Positions 55,743-64,000 of a DNA stretch of 64,000 nucleotides are shown piece after piece. Made by a program: the position numbers and the translations under genes. Source of the DNA: Eledone cirrhosa (taxonomy: Eukaryota); the NCBI GenBank assembly GCA_964016885.1, contig OZ024758.1, forward strand, positions 16,678,001 through 16,742,000. Reading direction: 5' to 3'. The notes under the pieces were generated by a model, which did no database searches, was not told the DNA's origin, and saw only the letters and a list, made by a program, of their open reading frames with translations. Every line of letters begins with the position of its first letter. The first letter of the stretch is position 1.

Positions 55743-55806
55743 ATTTTATCTGATGAAAGCGCACCATAATTTGCCTTGGTTGCCCTTGAAATATATATAA
55801 TAAAAT
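55743..55806 (+). ncRNA. Type I hammerhead ribozyme (25.2/26.3-kb family)
   Basis: attttat CTGATGA aagcgcacca taatttgcct tggttgccctt GAAA tatata TA ataaaat. Confidence 0.8.
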
Positions 55807-55845
55807 AAATATGGTTTTATAAATATAGTTTCCATTTATTTATAT

Positions 55846-55881
<36 letters not shown>

Positions 55882-56035
55882 ATTTACGTATAGAGAGAGA
55901 GAAGGAGAGATAGGAGATACATGTAGTTATTTGCCAATAGCGTATGCAGAGGGTGCTCAATACTAGTGCCGGCATTGTTAAATATTAAAAGTGTTAATAT
56001 CTAGTGGGCGAGAGAGCTAGCAGAGCGTAATAAAC

Positions 56036-56343
56036 ACGTGGAGAAGTAAATATAGGAGAACAAACCGTTAAAACATGTTTATTTAAAATAGCACATACGT
56101 ACGTTTCACCCGAATGGGCTTCTCAAGGGCATAAATAACTAAAAAGCGTTCCTTACATGACGCGGAATGGGTTTTTACGTGAACTTATTTCTAAGTTCAC
56201 GTAAAAACCCATACCGGGTCATGTAAGGAACGCTTTTTAGTTGTTTATGCCTTTGAGAAGCCCATTCGGGCGAAACGTACGTAGGTACTATTTTAAATAA
56301 ACATGTTTTAACGGTTTGTTCTCCTATATTTACTTCTCCACGT
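56036..56343. mobile_element. Fold-back mini-element (~150-bp arms, 4-nt loop) with a variant hammerhead in each arm
   Basis: Centre gaactta-tttc-taagttc. Plus arm 56248-56287 reads tgcc TTTGAGA a gccc attc gggc GAAAC gtac GTA ggta; the mirror arm reads CTTGAGA. Confidence 0.85.
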
Positions 56344-57191
56344 ATATATATCAACTCTCCCTGTCAAACGGGGAGATTTGCCACACACTTTGGGAGTAGG
56401 TGAGAGATGTCATGTCTTTTGAAAATGGGAATAACTTTCATTACGTAAAATCTCCACATTTTTGTCACATTTCTCCCCGTTTTGGGACACTTTTTTCCAT
56501 GAGATTCCCCGTTTGGGCTTTTAGAGGTTGGCAAGTCTGTTAAAACACCTCGATATCTTACAGTCTGGTTGATGTCGCTTTAAAATATGATACAATAAAT
56601 ATTTATCATATAAACTCATGATGTACAATTGAATTCCTTGACTCAAATATAAATGGTAATGGCAGTTCATTTTATACAACATTTAGAACATTCAGTTCGT
56701 AATGAACGAATAGAATGTTATGAGGTTCATGTATTTACTAACCGCATTATCAAATTAGTTGAAAACATGGCTACAACGGTGATTTAACTGCTACAGATTC
56801 AGTTTGTAGGACCATAGCGTATACTTGACAGTTTTCATTTTATTATTCAATAGAAATGTTGATTTATTCTTAGTAGGAACCAAACCGAACCTTTGCAAGT
56901 ACCTATTTCACTCTGTGTTGTCATGTAAATCTAATTATACTACAACCACTACATAGTTGAAACGTTGTAACTGAACTCAATTTTGGGTATCAAATGGAAT
57001 GAATAAATTATACCTAATCCATTCCACTTGATACCCAAATGTAATAATGAAATCTAAAATCTTAAAGCCTCCGAGTCTGACAAGTTTACAAACTGATACT
57101 CAAATATCAAACACCTAACGGGCTTACATTACAACACTAAACAATATCTACAACTAATCGTAATCAAAGAACAAACGGAGAATCATCTAGG

Positions 57192-57357
57192 AAAGTGATT
57201 GGTAAACTGCGGCCTGCGAGCAACATATGGCCGGTTCAGCTTTCTGAATGGCACGCCTAATTTCAAAATTGCCTTGCATGTTTTAGTAGTATCGCCCGCC
57301 TTATGATTAGCCACATCCTATGCGACCCATTGCTCGAGAAATATTGTCCATACCTGC
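57192..57357. mobile_element. Degenerate hAT-type MITE
   Basis: aaactgcggcctgcgagc..catatggcc start and tgcgaccc...ttgtccatacctg end. Confidence 0.45.
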
Positions 57358-57665
57358 GGTAGGAAGTCGGTTGATCGGTTAAACATATACTAAAATCTAA
57401 TATCTAATCTAAACTGGCCGAGTTTACACTCGCAAATAAGAACCAGGGCCACCCCTGGGAGCATTGGATTTGGTGTACTTCATATTTGTTTCGGTTGCTA
57501 AATACAATCAGGGGTCGCTGCTTCTCCTGAAGGTCAATAGTTCTCTTCTAACTCGAGCGGGAGCGCCTTTCCATTGTCAATTTGTATTGATTATCTGCAA
57601 AGCCGCATTGTTCTCAGAACCATGCGGCTTTGCAGATAATCAATACAAATTGACAGTAGAAAGGC

Positions 57666-57835
57666 GGTAGAGGGTCGGACGCCATGCTTTGACGCATAGA
57701 GTTACGGCCCTTGCCAATCTGAGTTCAAATCCCGCCGAGGTTAACTTTGCCTTTCATCCTTACGGGGTCGATAAAATAAAGTACCAGTAATGTACTGGAT
57801 AATTTCTGGCCTTGTGCCAATAGTAGAAACAATTG
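57666..57835 (+). mobile_element. 5'-truncated SINE family A with a 16-bp target-site duplication
   Basis: attgttctcagaacca at 57607-57622 and 57832-57847. Confidence 0.88.
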
Positions 57836-58288
57836 TTCTCAGAACCACTACACCACTCTTGATGCGTGCAGCTGGAACTACTGCCATTTTAAAACTAAAA
57901 ATCCTTCCCGAAACCAGTCATTAGGGAAGGTAAAATTCTCATGTGATAATTTAGTCCTACATATCTCCCCACCACCACCACCACCAAATAATTACACGAG
58001 GGCCATTATATCATTGTAGACTGAAGGCAATTAACCTTGTCTGGTCAATCAGGATTGACTTAAGATTAAACATAACCAAAATCAAAGACAACCCAACACA
58101 GCTCTAATCACTGGAAACGAGACAAAAGTATTACAAGTCCTAATTAAAAACAAACAAAATAAAATAAATAATATGAAAAAAGAACAATTAAAATACAATT
58201 ACAGTGACCCCTTCCCTCTGATACATCTTTGAACACATACAAATATTTTCTGAAGAATCCTTCATGATATTATTAATGGCAGTATCCA

Positions 58289-58692
58289 CGGCGGTGGATT
58301 GGCAGTATCGGTAGAGGGTCGGACGCCATGATTTGCAGCAAAATGTTCCGTCCCTTTACGGTCTGAGTTCAAATTCCGCCTGGGTTAACTTTGCCTTTCA
58401 TCCTTACGGGGTCGATAAAATAAAGTACCAGTAATGTACTGGGTAATTGCTGGCCTTGTGTCAAAAGAAGAAATAATTATTAATAGCAGTATCGGTAGAG
58501 GGTCGGATGCCATGCTTTGCAGCATAGAGTTACGGCCCTTTATGATCCGAGTTCAAATCCCACCAGGTTAACTTTGCCTTTCATCCTTAAGGGGTCGATA
58601 AAATAAAGCACCAGTCCCGCACCGGGGTCGATTTAATCGACTTTCCCTTCCCCCCAAATAGCTGGCCTTGTGCCTATATAAGAAACCATTAT
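58289..58692 (+). mobile_element. Two tandem SINE family A copies
   Basis: Consensus match. Confidence 0.88.
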
Positions 58693-60064
58693 TAATTCAC
58701 AAATTCCTCTATCGTAATCAAAATACGTCTTCACCCCACTGCACTCAACAACCATATTAATCAAGAATATAATAGAGAGAACACAAAGGACAAATACTGA
58801 CTTCAACAAACCATCATTATAACAACCACTGATATTACATTTCTGTCCACTGGGACCTCGAAGTATCATCCAATTGAGATATTACACTTCAAAAAGATAG
58901 AACAGACAAAAGAATAATATTTCTGGTAATAATTCTCTAAAATAATTCCAAACATTATGTAATGTTTGATTTTTCATTCAAATGCACCAACTGAATTTAT
59001 TTTCTCTTTCGTTCGTTCATATATTTCTTTAACTGTTATACAGCATCGACTGAAATACAATGTAGCAATATAATACGACTGCTAATTTCTATATCATATT
59101 TTCCCCAATATTCTTGAAATATGTTAAACTTGACGTTCCAAGTAAAAGATTCATAGTAAAAGAAACTTTGAAACCAGCTGAGACGTATTCTTTGAAAACT
59201 AGAGGTCAAAAGTCGAAATCATTCTATGATACACACATGTAATATTTGAATGTAACATTTTATATAAAAGTTAAGAAATTATATAAGAAACAAGATTTCT
59301 ATGAAATCTAAGTATGTTATCGAAAGAAAGAAATAATACTGCTTTTTAGTACAAGTTGTCATGTTTCAGATATCACATTTATGTAACAGAAAAAAAACCC
59401 AGAGAAAACGAATACCGGTCTTCATATTGGATCAGATTTCAGACACGAAACCGCATCATATAGCCTGAAGATAATGGCGTTTGTGACTTAATTCCTAGCA
59501 TTTCTAAGTTTGGTCCACCTTTGATTCTATGGTAATCTTTCTTATTGACTAATAACCACTTTCTTTAGTTGCTATTGGCTGCCAATGGCTGCCAGTATAT
59601 GATACGATAAGAGGTGTAAGGTGAACATCTGAAAATTCAAATATTTACACTTTTTTCTTTCATATAAATATTCATGAATGCACGCACGCATATACACCTA
59701 CACATATATACAAATATATAAATATATAACATGCGCCAACAAACACATACATACATACATACATATATTTATTTATACGTACATTTATACATAGACACGC
59801 ATATACATACATACATTTATACATACACACATTTATACATAGACACGCATATACACACATACATTTATACATACACATATATATATATACATGCATTTAT
59901 ACATACACACATATATATATATATACACATACATGTATACATACACACACACATATATATATATACACACATACATACATTTATACATACACACACATAT
60001 ATATATATACACACACATACATACATACATAGATAGGTACATGCATAGATTCATATGGATATAC

Positions 60065-60102
<38 letters not shown>

Positions 60103-60603
60103 CTCAAATTTGATCTCTTTCTCCTTAGAAATGTTCCACATTTCCTTATGTTTGATTTGAAAAGAATTTCGAGATTTCAATACACATCCTTCAGATTAAG
60201 AACAATGATATTGGTCTGTTGTTCACATATTCTCAAATGGTCACGCAACACCATGGGTATATTAGCAATAGTTTTAACGTCAGATTTATGTAATTATCTA
60301 AAGGTTAAGACATCGAAACGTTAAAGGACATAGGTTCGGAACAATATTGTTCCAAAGGAAATATAAAAAATTCCTTAGCAGAAAAGAACACCACCTTATA
60401 TTTTATTACAATACTCACAGACAGACACAAATACACACACACATCCGACTAAAGTGAAACAATTGTTCTCGGTAATGGTTAACTAACTGTTGTGGAACTA
60501 CTTCTACCAAACTCGTACCATAGACTGAGTGCTCTACTACTACTACAGATACTCAGTATTCTACTATTATATATATATATTGGCTCGTGAGTGAGTGTGT
60601 CAT

Positions 60604-60639
<36 letters not shown>

Positions 60640-60864
60640 GGGTGAGTTTTCTGCTAGCATATGTAGCGTGCATATTGATATTATACGCAAGTATATATAC
60701 ATATAGATATGATACAACAAATAAAATCGTAATTGACAATATAAACAGAAATTGAACGAAGACTGTGTTACACTGTCTTATGTAATCAGTAACGTAATCC
60801 ATGATACATTAAAAAAATACGACATTATATATAAACTGCATTAGGAGAAAATCAGTGACGGAAA

Positions 60865-61262
60865 TACGAGGGCAATCCCCAAAATAAAGTCTCCTTCCGA
60901 TATTGCAACTTTTCCGTTAAAATCCTGTAGATGGTTGTTCGGGAAACCTCAGGAACTAAAATGCTGAGAGCATCCAGAGTGATCCGCCAATCTTTACGCA
61001 TGTTTTCCTCGGAAGGAGACCTTACTTTTGGGATTGCCCTCGTATATAATAACTGCACGAAATTCGCACTTGGTGGTAGCGTTCAACGGGAGCTCCATTC
61101 TCAACGGCTGCCAAGCCAAGATTGAGCATCCCAGCGAAGCGCGCGCATGCTTGTTTGGCAGCGAAGGAAGCACCAATCACAACAGTGTTGCCAACAGCCG
61201 TACGAACAGTTTCTCTGCGTCCCCATCGCTTTGGAGACCTTACTTTTGGGATTACTCTCGTA
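60865..61262 (-). mobile_element. Mariner relics: internally deleted element 60867-61042 (TA-flanked TIRs) abutting the 5' end of a second copy (TIR 61233-61260)
   Basis: TIR TAcgagggcaatcccaaaagtaaggtctcc. Peptides MELPLNATTKCEFRAVI and EENMRKDWRITLDAL...VSRTTIYRILTEKLQYRK correspond to mariner HTH regions. Confidence 0.85.
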
Positions 61263-62332
61263 TGTGAATATTTATTTAAGCGACCGCTAACCGGAAGTGT
61301 TGACGTTTGAACATTTTAAAGAAGTGAATCTTTAAATAAATAATATAATATATTTAATGAACAGCCACGAAATTTAGTGGATAAATTATGTAATATTCAT
61401 TCATTATTTATTCAAAGTAATCCAACTTATTTTACTCATGGGATAAAACATAAACTGTACGCAGTCCCGCGCTCCTTACTTTAATATAGTTTAGATATAT
61501 ATATATACATATTTGTGTGTATATACGTACATTTATGAAAACTCTCTCCAAGATAACTTTTGTTTTCCAAACATTTGGACTTTTCTGTTTTTAATTTGGC
61601 AAGAGAAAGACATCCATGTGTTTCTAATAATCTCTGGTTTAATATTCATGATTATTTCCTTATTTCAAAAAAACTTTCCTCGGATTTCAAACTTGTTTTT
61701 CTTTTGTGTCATACGAACATTGTGTATATTCTCTATCATATGTTATTTTATTTATCATATAATTTTATTGTCTATCTTATATTTCAAGATTTATCTTATA
61801 CACTACTGTTTATATATTTAACTATTTATTTCCTATATCTATTTGATGTTTTATATATTTCATATATTTTTCCTATATTTCACACATTTCTTTCTATATC
61901 ATGTACTTTTTCAAAGCTAATGTTTCTTTGTTCTTTCTATAGTTTTTATCCCCCCCCCCCCCACACACATTAGATTTTTCGGTCATATTTTTGTTTGCAT
62001 TTTTTATTCTATTGTCAACATATTTTTTTTTAAAATTCAGTTGTGGAAGAATGGAAGAAGAAAAAAAGTAAAAAAAAATACAAAAAGAAAAACAAACAGT
62101 AGTAATAATATTTTGAAAATATAAAAACAAAAATAAATAACACATGAAAAGAAATACACACACAAAAAAAAATTTAAAATACAAAGATAAAAAAATAGTT
62201 GTGTGAATATAATAATGTTCGTCGTAAATAATATTTTTGAAAACAGAAAAATAATTTTATTACAGAATTTGTGTCTTTTTACCTCTCTTTGTATCTATAG
62301 ATATTATTACTATTATCATTATTTCTCTTATT

Positions 62333-62452
62333 ATCTGAGTTCAAATCCCGCCGAGGTTAACTTTGTCTTTCATCCTTACGGGGTCGATAAAATAAAGTAC
62401 CAGTAATGTACTGGGTAATTGCTGGCCTTGTGCCTAAAGTAGAAACAATTAT
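62333..62452 (+). mobile_element. SINE family A, 5'-truncated
   Basis: Consensus match. Confidence 0.85.
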
Positions 62453-62508
<56 letters not shown>

Positions 62509-62518
62509 TCATATATAT

Positions 62519-62554
<36 letters not shown>

Positions 62555-63145
62555 TTATATATATTATTTTATATATATTATTTTATATATATTATTATAT
62601 ATATATATATATTATTATATATATATATATATATATTATTATATATATATATATATTATTATATATATATTATTATATATATATATATTATTATTATATA
62701 TATATATACTATTATTATTTTATATATATAATATATATATATACTATTATTATTTTATATATATTTATATTATTCTTATTTTATATATATATATTATCAT
62801 TATTATTTTATATATATTATCATTATTATTTTAAATATATATATATATTATTATTAATTGTTGTTTTTATGGTGTTCGTAGAATTTGAAAATTTTACAAA
62901 CAGCCTAAGAATAAAAACATATGCACACGTTCTTCTCTTTTCTTTTTACGTTCCAGCCGAAAGATACGCGAACATTTGAGAGAAAAATCAGTAAAAGAAA
63001 CGAAAAAGCAAAAAAAAAGCACCATTTACCGTCTTTGATTTTATATTTTACCAGGTGTAAAGCATTTTTTTAGATTGTCATATGAAGAAAAGCATAAACA
63101 TATATGCGAAAATCGTATATATATATATATACACACTATATATAT

Positions 63146-63190
<45 letters not shown>

Positions 63191-64000
63191 TACGATTTTC
63201 GTCATATATATATATATATTTATATGTATGTATATATATGTATATGTATTTTATATATGTATATATATATATATATGTATACGTATGTATATATATATAT
63301 ATATGTGTGTGTGTAAAGAAATGTTTACACCCCCTCACCGAGAACACACATCAATGATATATTTATTTAATGAGAAAAGAAAATGAAATTTCGGAGAATA
63401 ACTTAGTTTTTATTTAAACTTTTCCATCTCTCACCCAGTAATAGTATTTTTGTGTCACCTTCCTTTGAAAGTTTAGTGAGATAATGTGTATCATATTTGA
63501 ATACCTGTCTCACAGAAGTCATTGCACAATAGCTTCAATGAATCTTGTTATATCTTAGTTTGATCGTCTGGTGTCTTTTTTAAAAAAGAATTTGTTTGTT
63601 GTTTCACACCAGTCAAACTCAGTGTTGAATAGTAGTAGCCAGACATACTGGGATCCCATGCAGGATCTTGCATCGTGTTGGTTTAACTTATACGAAGAGC
63701 AAGCTCTTGCAGACCAAAACAAATGATCGAACCATTTCAAAGGGGTTTTGTTAAGTGTGTGTAGTGGAAAGATGGAGTGATAGGGAAGTAGAACGATATT
63801 TTTTTTTTTTCAGTTGGAGTACTGATAAAGAGTCATCTTTAATGAGACGGCATCGAATATATCTATGTGTATATATATATATATATATAATGTGCGTGTG
63901 TGTGTATATGTATATATACACACACACATATATACAAAAGCTAGATGTGGTATATTTTCGATGGAATAAAAAGTTTTAGTATCGTACACAATACCTGCTC

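Overview
Very AT-rich, microsatellite-saturated eukaryotic DNA. It is most likely an octopod cephalopod, inferred from the tRNA-derived SINE family, and is largely intronic or intergenic. Almost all ORFs in the track are (TA)n/(CA)n/(GA)n artefacts. The only long real coding region is a young Penelope-like element (PLE; reverse transcriptase + GIY-YIG, ORF 47638-49998, open in frame back to ~47299). Its 3' 1.28 kb is duplicated in inverted orientation, and it sits inside a (TA)n array. The main signal is a set of about ten short, non-coding fold-back (palindromic) inserts, nearly all embedded in (TA)n tracts. Most carry a minimal type I hammerhead ribozyme (CUGAnGA / GAAA / NUH, usually with a palindromic stem III). 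By eye there are about 14 intact or near-intact hammerheads from roughly 8-9 sequence families, plus several half or decayed cores. The autonomous PLE has the same fold-back geometry and hammerhead, and one mini-element (24.5 kb) is homologous to its 3' end. One locus (20.8-21.6 kb) keeps the filled and empty (TA)n site side by side. The window also holds ~20 SINE copies, fragments of CRE, RLE-type and RTE LINEs, mariner and hAT relics, several minisatellites and one candidate host exon. All coordinates and pairings were read by eye; no searches or folding were run.
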